Source of the DNA: a bacterium
GTDB lineage: Bacteria > Patescibacteriota > Minisyncoccia > UBA6257 > GWB1-50-10
Length of the DNA: 56,088 nt
Assembly: GCA_021812365.1 (NCBI GenBank)
Contig: JAKANQ010000003.1
Span: 1 to 56,088 of the forward strand
Reading direction: 5' to 3'
A program made the translations under genes and the position numbers. Numbering within the stretch: position 1 is the first letter of the stretch; each line of letters starts with the position of its first letter. Positions 37,162-45,103 of this stretch are shown piece after piece. The notes beneath the pieces were generated by a model. It saw nothing but the letters and a program-made list of their open reading frames with translations. It was not told where the DNA came from and ran no database searches.

Positions 37162-38664
37162 ATGAAAACCAAGATTCCCGCTGAAATAGAGGATATTGCG
37201 CGCATTCTGTCCGATGCGGGTTTTGAGGCATATCTTGTGGGCGGTTCCTTGCGGGACATGCTTTTGGGAGTTTCGCCCAAGGATTGGGATATTGCGACGA
37301 ATGCCACACCCGAAGAGACACAGAAACTTTTTGCCACCTATGGCGGACGCACGTTGGAAGACCCCGCTACGGTGTACGAGAACTCATTTGGAACGGTGGG
37401 AATAAAGACCGAATCGAAAGATGAATCGTTGAAGATAGTTGAGGTGACCACGTTCCGCGTGGAGGGCAAGTATACCGATAAGAGGCATCCTGATGAAGTT
37501 CAATTCGCAAAGACGGTCGAGGAGGACTTGAGCCGCAGGGATTTCACCATAAATGCGATTGCCTTCAATCTTGCGAATCACTCGCTTTCCAAATCCCACC
37601 TTGTTGACCCATTCAATGGGATGGATGATCTGCAGAAGAAATCATTGCGTACGGTGGGCGACCCCAACAAGCGATTCGAGGAAGACGCGCTTCGTCTTAT
37701 GCGCGCCGTCCGATTTGCGGCACAGCTTGGTTTTGAGATAGAGCACCAGACCATGAATGCAGTGAAAGAAAACGCCGGACTTTTGGATGTGATCGCGAAG
37801 GAAAGGATTCGCGATGAATTTTCAAAACTTATCATGACTCCGCGCGCCGCGATGGGGATAGTGATGATGGAGGACATGGGACTTTTGAAATTTGTGATTC
37901 CGGAACTCCGCGAGGGTATCGCGTGCGGGCAGAACAAGCATCACATCTATACGGTATTCGACCATAACGTGCGCGCGTTGAATTACACCGCGGAAAAGGA
38001 GTATTCATTCGTGGTTCGCATGGCCTCGCTTCTGCATGATGTGGGAAAGCCGCGCACCAAGGGGGGCGATGGTCCCGATTCGACGTTCTACAACCACGAG
38101 GTGGTAGGCGCTCGGATGGCCGTGAAGATATTGGACAGGTTGAGATTCTCAAAGGAGCATATCGAGAAGATATCGCATCTTGTGCGGTGGCATCTCTTTT
38201 ACTACAACGTGGGCGAGGTGACGGAAGCGGGCGTGCGGCGTTTCTTAAGCCGTGTAGGCTTGGAAAATGTCGATGACCTTTTGAAGGTGCGTGAGGCGGA
38301 TAGAATCGGTTCGGGCGTGCCGAAAGCATTTCCGTACAAGCTGCGCCACTTACTCTTCATGATAGACAAAGTGAAGAACGACCCCATTAGTCCGAAAATG
38401 GTGAAGTTGAACGGTGACGAGTTGATGAAGGAGCTTCAATTAACGCCGAGCAGAAAGGTGGGATATATTCTCTCCATCCTTTTGGAGGATGTGATTCAGG
38501 ATCCTGCGAAGAATGAGAAGGAATATCTCATCGCGCGCGCGAAAGAACTGAATGTGTTTGATGATGTGGAGCTGTCTGCAATGGCTGATAAGGCAAAGGA
38601 GCATGCCGATGAGTTTGAGGAGGGCATTGAGAGGGAGATGAAGAAGAAGCATAAGGTGGCATAA
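37162..38664 (+). CDS. cca: CCA-adding tRNA nucleotidyltransferase with HD domain
   Basis: YLVGGSLRD, DWDIAT, DLSRRDFTINA, RFEEDALRLMRAVRF, ERIRDE, LLHDVGKP, FYNHE. Confidence 0.88.
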   Translation: MKTKIPAEIEDIARILSDAGFEAYLVGGSLRDMLLGVSPKDWDIATNATPEETQKLFATYGGRTLEDPATVYENSFGTVGIKTESKDESLKIVEVTTFRVEGKYTDKRHPDEVQFAKTVEEDLSRRDFTINAIAFNLANHSLSKSHLVDPFNGMDDLQKKSLRTVGDPNKRFEEDALRLMRAVRFAAQLGFEIEHQTMNAVKENAGLLDVIAKERIRDEFSKLIMTPRAAMGIVMMEDMGLLKFVIPELREGIACGQNKHHIYTVFDHNVRALNYTAEKEYSFVVRMASLLHDVGKPRTKGGDGPDSTFYNHEVVGARMAVKILDRLRFSKEHIEKISHLVRWHLFYYNVGEVTEAGVRRFLSRVGLENVDDLLKVREADRIGSGVPKAFPYKLRHLLFMIDKVKNDPISPKMVKLNGDELMKELQLTPSRKVGYILSILLEDVIQDPAKNEKEYLIARAKELNVFDDVELSAMADKAKEHADEFEEGIEREMKKKHKVA

Positions 38665-38713
38665 TATGCTTTTCAGCCCAAAGTAAAAACGCGTCGAAAC
38701 GCGTTTTATCTTG

Positions 38714-38784
38714 TCGGGCTGCTGGGAATCGAACCCAGTCTACACGCACCCGAAGCGTGCGTACTACCGGTATACTACAGCCCG
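38714..38784 (-). tRNA. tRNA-Pro (CGG)
   Basis: CGGGCTG/CAGCCCG acceptor, CACGC-TTCGGGT-GCGTG, TTCGATT T-loop; no encoded CCA. Confidence 0.95.
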
Positions 38785-38790
38785 TAGAGA

Positions 38791-38942
38791 GGAGCAAAAT
38801 GAACAGTAGGTTCATTTTGTCCGAACGACCGGGATGCAACCTTCTGAGGTTGTAGAGCCCGAATGGAGAAGTAAGCTTCTACTTACAGTCCGAAGTGTTT
38901 TGTCCGAATGCCTGAGGAGTAAGCCTTCGCTTATGGTCCAAA
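38791..38942. repeat. Array of four hairpins with GGR...YCC(G/A)AA closure next to the tRNA-Pro 5' end
   Basis: Units 38791-38826, 38831-38863, 38865-38894, 38916-38942; extra TCCGAA at 38903. Confidence 0.65.
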
Positions 38943-39000
38943 GTGCCTATATACTGTATATGAGTTCCAAAAATTAGTAAATAATGGATAATAAATAGAC

Positions 39001-39678
39001 ATGAAGGCAATTATTGTGGGCGATAAGGCAAAGATCATTTTGCCGATGGTTAAAAAATACGGATTCTCAATCGTTGAGAAAAAACCCGATTTTATCGTGA
39101 GTTATGGCGGCGATGGGACGCTTATGATCTCCGAATATATGTATCCGGGAGTTCCCAAGATAATTCTAAAAGGAAGCCTTATCTGTAAAAAAGCCTCGCC
39201 TCTCCCCAATGAGGAGGTCTTGAAACGCGTGAAGGCGGGGAAGTATGAGATTGAAAAGGCGTGGAAGCTTGAAGCGAACGCGAACGGCAAAGCACTTTTG
39301 GGATTGAACGACATTGTGGTCCATAACAGCAATACGCGTCACGCGATGCGATACACCGTGTCGGTCGATGGAGCGGCAATTGGCGGAGGTATCATCGGTG
39401 ATGGAGTGGTCGTCTCAACACCATTCGGTTCTACGGGATACTATCGCAGCATCACCGACAGCTCATTCGAGGTGGGGATGGGGCTTGCGTTCAACAACAG
39501 TACCGAGCAGGCGGACCATATTGTTCTGAACGAAGAAAGACGTCTTTTAATAACGGTCACGAGGGGGCCTTCAACGGTATATGCGGATAATCAGGAAGAT
39601 TCGATAGTGTTGCAAACAGGAGATCTTGTTGCCATCAATAAATCAAAGCAATACGCGAAGATAGTGCGGCCAAAGTAG
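39001..39678 (+). CDS. NAD kinase (short form)
   Basis: SYGGDGT, LND, GDG..VSTP.GSTGY. Confidence 0.88.
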   Translation: MKAIIVGDKAKIILPMVKKYGFSIVEKKPDFIVSYGGDGTLMISEYMYPGVPKIILKGSLICKKASPLPNEEVLKRVKAGKYEIEKAWKLEANANGKALLGLNDIVVHNSNTRHAMRYTVSVDGAAIGGGIIGDGVVVSTPFGSTGYYRSITDSSFEVGMGLAFNNSTEQADHIVLNEERRLLITVTRGPSTVYADNQEDSIVLQTGDLVAINKSKQYAKIVRPK

Positions 39679-39799
39679 GGGGGCTAGTTGACATTATTTC
39701 TTAAAACATTTAGAATTTTTTCGTTCTAAAGGTTCTTTCACATATTCTTTTTTTCAAAACCAGCTGCGCCATACGCAGCATATCCAAGGGAGTTCTACG

Positions 39800-40306
39800 A
39801 TGAACGACAAGTTTAGGAAGAAGGGTAGCACGGCCACCGAGGAGAAGCAGAAGGCGACCGTGTTCAATGTGGACTGCAACGTGAATCCCAGGATTCCGCG
39901 CGGCCTGCGCCTCATCGGTCCCAACGCCAAGCACACGCGGATGGGTGTCGTGCGGGTCGAGCTGCGCGACGGGAAGCTCTACGCCAACGATCGCGAGGTC
40001 TCCCTCGTCTCGTGCTCGGATCCCAAGACGGGCGCCATGCTGTCGCATGACGACGTCCTCCAGGTGATCTCCGGCAAGCCGACTCTCAACGCGTGCTTCC
40101 GCGATTTCCTCGCGGACAACGTCAAGATGATTCCGCAGAGCTGGAAGGGGAAGTCCATCTTTTTCCTCAGTACCGCGTTCAGCGCGCCGAACAACGACCC
40201 GTGCGTCCCGTGCCTCTACGAGAACTGCGGCTGGAGCTGGTATGACCCCATGCTCGCGAAGCATGAGGTGTTCGGCAAGAACGCGTACATCGCGGTCCTT
40301 TCCTAG
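39800..40306 (+). CDS. Hypothetical protein with GC3-rich codons (orphan, own promoter and SD)
   Basis: TTGACA-17-TAGAAT promoter, GGGGAG SD; LNAC..DFL......IPQSWKGK.IFF; downstream hairpin. Confidence 0.75.
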   Translation: MNDKFRKKGSTATEEKQKATVFNVDCNVNPRIPRGLRLIGPNAKHTRMGVVRVELRDGKLYANDREVSLVSCSDPKTGAMLSHDDVLQVISGKPTLNACFRDFLADNVKMIPQSWKGKSIFFLSTAFSAPNNDPCVPCLYENCGWSWYDPMLAKHEVFGKNAYIAVLS

Positions 40307-40408
40307 GTTTTGAAATTTGTATCCCCCGCGATGAGCGGGGGATTTTTCTTAATATTTTTTAAATATTGTAAATCCTTAAAAATTCGTTACAATTGTAAGG
40401 TTCTCGTT

Positions 40409-40479
40409 GGGCCTGTAGTAAAGTGGTATTACGCGGCATTCGCATTGCCGAGTCGCGAGTTCGATTCTCGCCAGGTCCA
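40409..40479 (+). tRNA. tRNA-Ala (CGC)
   Basis: GGGCCTG/CAGGTCC acceptor with G3:U70, CGGCA-TTCGCAT-TGCCG; no encoded CCA. Confidence 0.95.
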
Positions 40480-40546
40480 CAAAGTAAAAACTCCGCGAAA
40501 GCGGAGTTTTTATCATGTCTCATAAGTAAAAGCGTATAATGAGTAT

Positions 40547-40942
40547 ATGAAAGGATATATCATAGACATTGAGAAGGAGACGTTGGAAAATGAGAATTTT
40601 CGCAAAGTTCTCTATACCGCACCGCATAGCCAGCTTGTGGTGATGAGCTTGCTGCCAAAGGAGGAGATTGGCGAGGAGGTGCATCACTTGGACCAGTTCT
40701 TACGCATTGAGGCCGGCGAAGGGTTGGCTATATTGGACGGCGTGGAACACATGATACAAAAAGATTCGGTGGTGGTCGTGCCCGCGGAAACGCGCCATAA
40801 CATCATCAATACTTCCGCGGAACTGCCAATGAAGCTCTACACGATCTATTCGCCCGCTGAACATAAGGATGGCACGATTCACAGGACGAAGGCGGATGCA
40901 CTTGCGGATAAAGAAGATCATTTTGATAAGACAACAGAATAG
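40547..40942 (+). CDS. Cupin-domain protein
   Basis: NENFRKVLYT, QLVVMSL, IGEEVH, DQFLRIE.G.G, HNIIN, LYTIYSP.EH. Confidence 0.88.
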   Translation: MKGYIIDIEKETLENENFRKVLYTAPHSQLVVMSLLPKEEIGEEVHHLDQFLRIEAGEGLAILDGVEHMIQKDSVVVVPAETRHNIINTSAELPMKLYTIYSPAEHKDGTIHRTKADALADKEDHFDKTTE

Positions 40943-40980
40943 CAAAAAAAGGGGCGTCTTGACCTTTCCTTGAAACCCTT

Positions 40981-41001
40981 ATAACCTAGGGGGTAGGTTA
41001 T
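40981..41001. promoter_or_regulatory. Putative CsoR operator
   Basis: ATAACCTA-GGGGG-TAGGTTAT inverted repeat around a G tract, overlapping the csoR start. Confidence 0.7.
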
Positions 41002-41287
41002 GACAACACACACTCATATACACACACGAACGCTTAGTAAAAAGACAAAAACGCTAAAACTCGCGCGACAGGCGAGCGGTACTCTTTCGAAAGTTACCTC
41101 GATGATAGAGGAGGATATCTACTGCCCAGAGATCATTCAGCAGGTTGATAGTACCATCGGACTTTTGAGGTCCGCCCGCAAGGAACTTCTTGAGGGGCAT
41201 TTGGATACGTGCGTTTTGAAGCAGCTGAGGGATAATAAGAGCGAGGCGGTGAAAGAGCTTTTGAAGATATACGATATTTCAAACTAA
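41000..41287 (+). CDS. csoR: CsoR/RcnR-family metal-sensing repressor
   Basis: YCPEIIQQ...LLEGHLDTC (Cys-His-Cys ligands). Confidence 0.85.
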   Translation: MTTHTHIHTRTLSKKTKTLKLARQASGTLSKVTSMIEEDIYCPEIIQQVDSTIGLLRSARKELLEGHLDTCVLKQLRDNKSEAVKELLKIYDISN

Positions 41288-41291
41288 CATC

Positions 41292-43583
41292 ATGAAACAA
41301 ACACTCAAAATACGGGGAATGCATTGCGCCTCATGCGCGGTCATCATCGGCAAGGAATTGAAAAACGCCGAAGGTGTGCAGTCGATTGATGTGAATGTGG
41401 GCACTGAGAGCGCAAAAATAGATTTTGATGAGAATAAGACAAGCGTCGAGACTCTTTCGAAAAAGCTGGAACCGCTCGGGTATGGGTTCATTATGGAAGA
41501 TGAGCATACAGGTCATTCCGGCGGAGATATGGAACACATGGACCATGCGGGGATGAATATGCAAAAGAGCGAGAAACTCGCTGAGCTTGCAGAAATGAAA
41601 CGCAAACTTATAGCTGCAATTCCGCTTGCGGCACTCAGCCTTTTTGTGATGGCGTGGGATATTTCGGCGAAGCTCGGATGGGTGCGGGGCGCGCCAGCCA
41701 GCGTGAGTGCATTCTTCAGCTATCTTTTGCCGCTTGCCGCAACCTATGTATTATTCGTGGTGGGAAGACCATATATCACGGGGGTCTATAGATTTTTGCG
41801 GTTTGGGAGCGCGAACATGGATACGCTTGTGGGTATCGGCACGCTTGTCGCATATCTCTATAGCATCATCGTTTCCGCATTGAAGGGACCGCTCGCGTCT
41901 TTCATAAACGTAGAGAATCTCTATTTTGATGTGGTCATCATCGTTATCACGTTCGTCTATCTCGGCGAATATCTTGAGGCAAAATCAAAATTGAAGACAG
42001 GCGATGCAATAGAAAAGCTTTTGAATCTACAAGCGAAGTTCGCATTGGTATTAAGGGACGGAAAGGAAGTTGAAATTCCAATATCCGAAGTAATGCACGG
42101 CAATCTTATCGTAATAAAGCCCGCGGGTAAGATTCCCGTTGACGGAGTGATTACCGAAGGGTCTTCATATATCGATGAATCAATGATAACGGGAGAGCCG
42201 CTTGCCGTGAAAAAAACCGTGAATGACGCGGTGGTCGCGGGTACGATAAATACGAGCGGTTCGTTCGTGTTCAAGGCAACGAAAGTCGGTTCCGAAACGA
42301 TGCTCGCGCGCATTATCCAGATGGTTGAGGAGGCGCAGGGAAGTAGGGCGCCCATTCAGGCGCTTGCGGACAGAATCTCGGGAATTTTCGTACCCGTGGT
42401 GCTTTCGGTGGCCTTTGCCTCACTTGCCGCGTGGCTTCTCATCGGTTCCCATTATCTTCCATTTTCACAAGCGCTTTCATTTGGGCTCGTGTCGTTTGTG
42501 AGTGTGCTGGTAATCGCGTGTCCGTGCGCCTTGGGTCTTGCGACGCCCACCGCAATCATCGTGGGTGTGGGTAAGGGCGCTCGAGAAGGAATCTTGATCA
42601 AGGACGCCGCCACGCTTGAGAAATTGCACAAAGCGAATGTGGTGGTGGTAGACAAAACAGGAACTATTACGAAGGGGAAACCCGAGGTGATATCTGTAAA
42701 AAACCTTTCATCAAAATCTGAGAATGAAATTGTCGCCCTCCTCGCATCATTAGAGAAAAAATCAGAACATCCGCTTGCGCACGCGATTGTGTCGTATGCA
42801 GATGAGAAAAAAATCACTGCCTTCGTGGTAGAAAATTTTGAAGCGTTGAAAGGCAAGGGCGTGCGCGCGAATATCGGCGGCATTCAATATTACGCAGGCA
42901 ATGCGCGCCTTATGGAGGAATTGCGTCTTCCATTTGATAAAAAAGTCATTGAGGAAGAAACGCTGAATGGTAAGACGCCTATCATTCTTGCGACTGCGCA
43001 AGAGGTATTGGGCATCGTCTTGGTCGCGGATGCAATCAAGCCCGAAGCGGTGGAAGCGGTAAGGCGCCTCCACGCGCTTGGCATGCGCGTTATCATGCTT
43101 ACGGGCGATGACAAGAATACCGCAGCCTATATTGCAAAACAGGCGGGCATAGATGACGTGGTGGCTGAAGTGATGCCGGAGGATAAGTTGAATAAGATTA
43201 AGGCGTTACAGGCGGAGGGCAAGATCGTGGTGATGGCGGGAGACGGTGTGAATGACGCGCCCGCGCTCGCGCAAGCCGATATCGGCATCGCGATGGCGAC
43301 AGGAACGGACGTGGCAATAGAGTCCGCGGGCATCACGTTGCTGCATGGCGATATTTCAAAATTAGTGAAGGCAATCTCGCTTTCCAAGCTTACTATGCGC
43401 GGCATCAAGCAAAATCTTTTTTGGGCGTTCTTCTACAACATCATTGGTATACCGCTCGCGGCGGGATTGTTCTATCCTTTGTTCGGGTGGCTCTTAAATC
43501 CGATATTTGCGGGCATGGCGATGGCGTTTTCGAGCGTATCCGTGGTTGGCAATTCATTAAGACTTAAAACAATAAAACTGTAA
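41292..43583 (+). CDS. copA: Copper-exporting P1B-1 ATPase
   Basis: GMHCASC HMA, His/Met linker, CPC, DKTGT, SEHP, GDGVNDAP, YN, MAFSS. Confidence 0.95.
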   Translation: MKQTLKIRGMHCASCAVIIGKELKNAEGVQSIDVNVGTESAKIDFDENKTSVETLSKKLEPLGYGFIMEDEHTGHSGGDMEHMDHAGMNMQKSEKLAELAEMKRKLIAAIPLAALSLFVMAWDISAKLGWVRGAPASVSAFFSYLLPLAATYVLFVVGRPYITGVYRFLRFGSANMDTLVGIGTLVAYLYSIIVSALKGPLASFINVENLYFDVVIIVITFVYLGEYLEAKSKLKTGDAIEKLLNLQAKFALVLRDGKEVEIPISEVMHGNLIVIKPAGKIPVDGVITEGSSYIDESMITGEPLAVKKTVNDAVVAGTINTSGSFVFKATKVGSETMLARIIQMVEEAQGSRAPIQALADRISGIFVPVVLSVAFASLAAWLLIGSHYLPFSQALSFGLVSFVSVLVIACPCALGLATPTAIIVGVGKGAREGILIKDAATLEKLHKANVVVVDKTGTITKGKPEVISVKNLSSKSENEIVALLASLEKKSEHPLAHAIVSYADEKKITAFVVENFEALKGKGVRANIGGIQYYAGNARLMEELRLPFDKKVIEEETLNGKTPIILATAQEVLGIVLVADAIKPEAVEAVRRLHALGMRVIMLTGDDKNTAAYIAKQAGIDDVVAEVMPEDKLNKIKALQAEGKIVVMAGDGVNDAPALAQADIGIAMATGTDVAIESAGITLLHGDISKLVKAISLSKLTMRGIKQNLFWAFFYNIIGIPLAAGLFYPLFGWLLNPIFAGMAMAFSSVSVVGNSLRLKTIKL

Positions 43584-43584
43584 T

Positions 43585-44622
43585 ATGACTGAAACAAAAA
43601 AATATCAATTTCATGTGAATGGAATGCATTGTAGGTCCTGTGTGCTTCTTATTGAGAGCGAGCTTCGCAATGCGCCGGCAATCCAATCTGTAAAGTCCAA
43701 TCTGGAAGATGAGACCGTGGAGGTGGTTGGCGATTTTGGAAATAAGAGCAGGGAAGATATCGCGCGCGAGTTCACTCACATTCTTTCCAAACACGGATAT
43801 GGCGTCTCATCCGAGGAGATGCAAGATATGGACAACAAGGGTAAGTGGAGTGATTTTAAGATAGCGGCTCCTATCGCACTCGCATTCCTCGTTCTTTTCG
43901 TGGCGCTTCAAAAGATGGGTTTGGTGAATCTTATCAATGTTGACCATATCTCGTATGGAACGGCATTCATCATCGGTATCATCGCATCGCTTTCGAGTTG
44001 TATGGCAATCGTAGGAGGACTCCTGCTTTCGATGTCCGCGACATTTGCCAAAGAAGATGATAAGGTGAAGCCTCAGATACTTTTTCACGTGGGGCGCATC
44101 AGCTCATTCTTCATCTTGGGCGGTATCATTGGGGTCATCGGCGCTACATTCCAATTGAATCAGTTTTGGAGTTTTGCTCTTAGTTTTGTAATCGGTCTTG
44201 TGATGTTGATACTCGGATTGAATCTGCTTGATGTGTTCAGTTGGACGAAGAAGGTGCAGCCCGCGATGCCGAAATTTTTAGCGGAACGCGCATTCAATGT
44301 TTCAAAGTTGAACCACACGCTCACGCCATTTTTAGTGGGTATTGCCACATTCTTTCTTCCTTGCGGATTCACGCAATCAATGCAGATATATTCGCTCTCT
44401 ACCGGAAGTTTTTTGATAGGAGGGCTGACTATGTTGGCATTTGCGCTGGGAACGTTTCCAGTGCTCGCGCTCATCAGTTTCAGTTCATTCAGCCTTGGTA
44501 AGGGGAGAAGGGCGAGCGTCTTCTTCAAGACCGCGGGACTTATCGTGGTTGCGTTCGCATTGCTGAACATCATGAATGGTCTTGTGGTTGCCGGCATCAT
44601 TCCGCCGCTCTTCAGTTTTTAA
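43585..44622 (+). CDS. HMA-domain plus DsbD_2/TauE-like membrane protein
   Basis: GMHCRSC, SLSSC, FHVGR, FLPCGFTQ. Confidence 0.85.
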   Translation: MTETKKYQFHVNGMHCRSCVLLIESELRNAPAIQSVKSNLEDETVEVVGDFGNKSREDIAREFTHILSKHGYGVSSEEMQDMDNKGKWSDFKIAAPIALAFLVLFVALQKMGLVNLINVDHISYGTAFIIGIIASLSSCMAIVGGLLLSMSATFAKEDDKVKPQILFHVGRISSFFILGGIIGVIGATFQLNQFWSFALSFVIGLVMLILGLNLLDVFSWTKKVQPAMPKFLAERAFNVSKLNHTLTPFLVGIATFFLPCGFTQSMQIYSLSTGSFLIGGLTMLAFALGTFPVLALISFSSFSLGKGRRASVFFKTAGLIVVAFALLNIMNGLVVAGIIPPLFSF

Positions 44623-44632
44623 ATCATAACCA

Positions 44633-45034
44633 ATGAAAAAATCCACAATAGTATCGCTTATCATCGGTGCCGGACTCATTATCCTCGCCCTTATCTTCGC
44701 GAGCGGTTCCAGTACTTCAAACGGAGTGCGCGATACTGCCAACGCGAACAACGTACATATGGAGAATGGGCAGCAGGTCATTGAGCTCAACGCAAAAGGC
44801 GGCTATTCGCCGCAAACGAGTTATGCCAAAGCAGATATTCAGAGTACGTTGAGAATAAGAACAAATGGGACGTTCGATTGTTCCTCATTCGTCGTCATCC
44901 CGAGCATCGGTTTCAGGGATAGCCTTCCGCAGACTGGAGAGAAAGATGTGGTGATTCCGCCACAAAAAGCGGGAAGCACGCTTCAGGGGTTTTGCGGAAT
45001 GGGGATGTACAATTTCAAGATTCAGTTCAACTGA
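44633..45034 (+). CDS. Membrane-anchored cupredoxin-like protein
   Basis: GYSP, FDCSS, FCGMGM; last gene of the cop operon. Confidence 0.8.
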   Translation: MKKSTIVSLIIGAGLIILALIFASGSSTSNGVRDTANANNVHMENGQQVIELNAKGGYSPQTSYAKADIQSTLRIRTNGTFDCSSFVVIPSIGFRDSLPQTGEKDVVIPPQKAGSTLQGFCGMGMYNFKIQFN

Positions 45035-45103
45035 TCTGTCTCGCGTCATATTTGTCCACACCTCATTCGCGAAGACTCCTAAATCCGTGTAAAATTATAA
45101 GCA

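Noticed and set aside
38910-38945. Hammerhead ribozyme (CTGAGGA followed by a stem)
   Set aside because: The stem is not followed by GAAA, and stems I and III with a cleavage triplet cannot be formed.
9584-40306. Complete diversity-generating retroelement
   Set aside because: No reverse transcriptase, avd gene or template/variable repeat pair is visible in the window.
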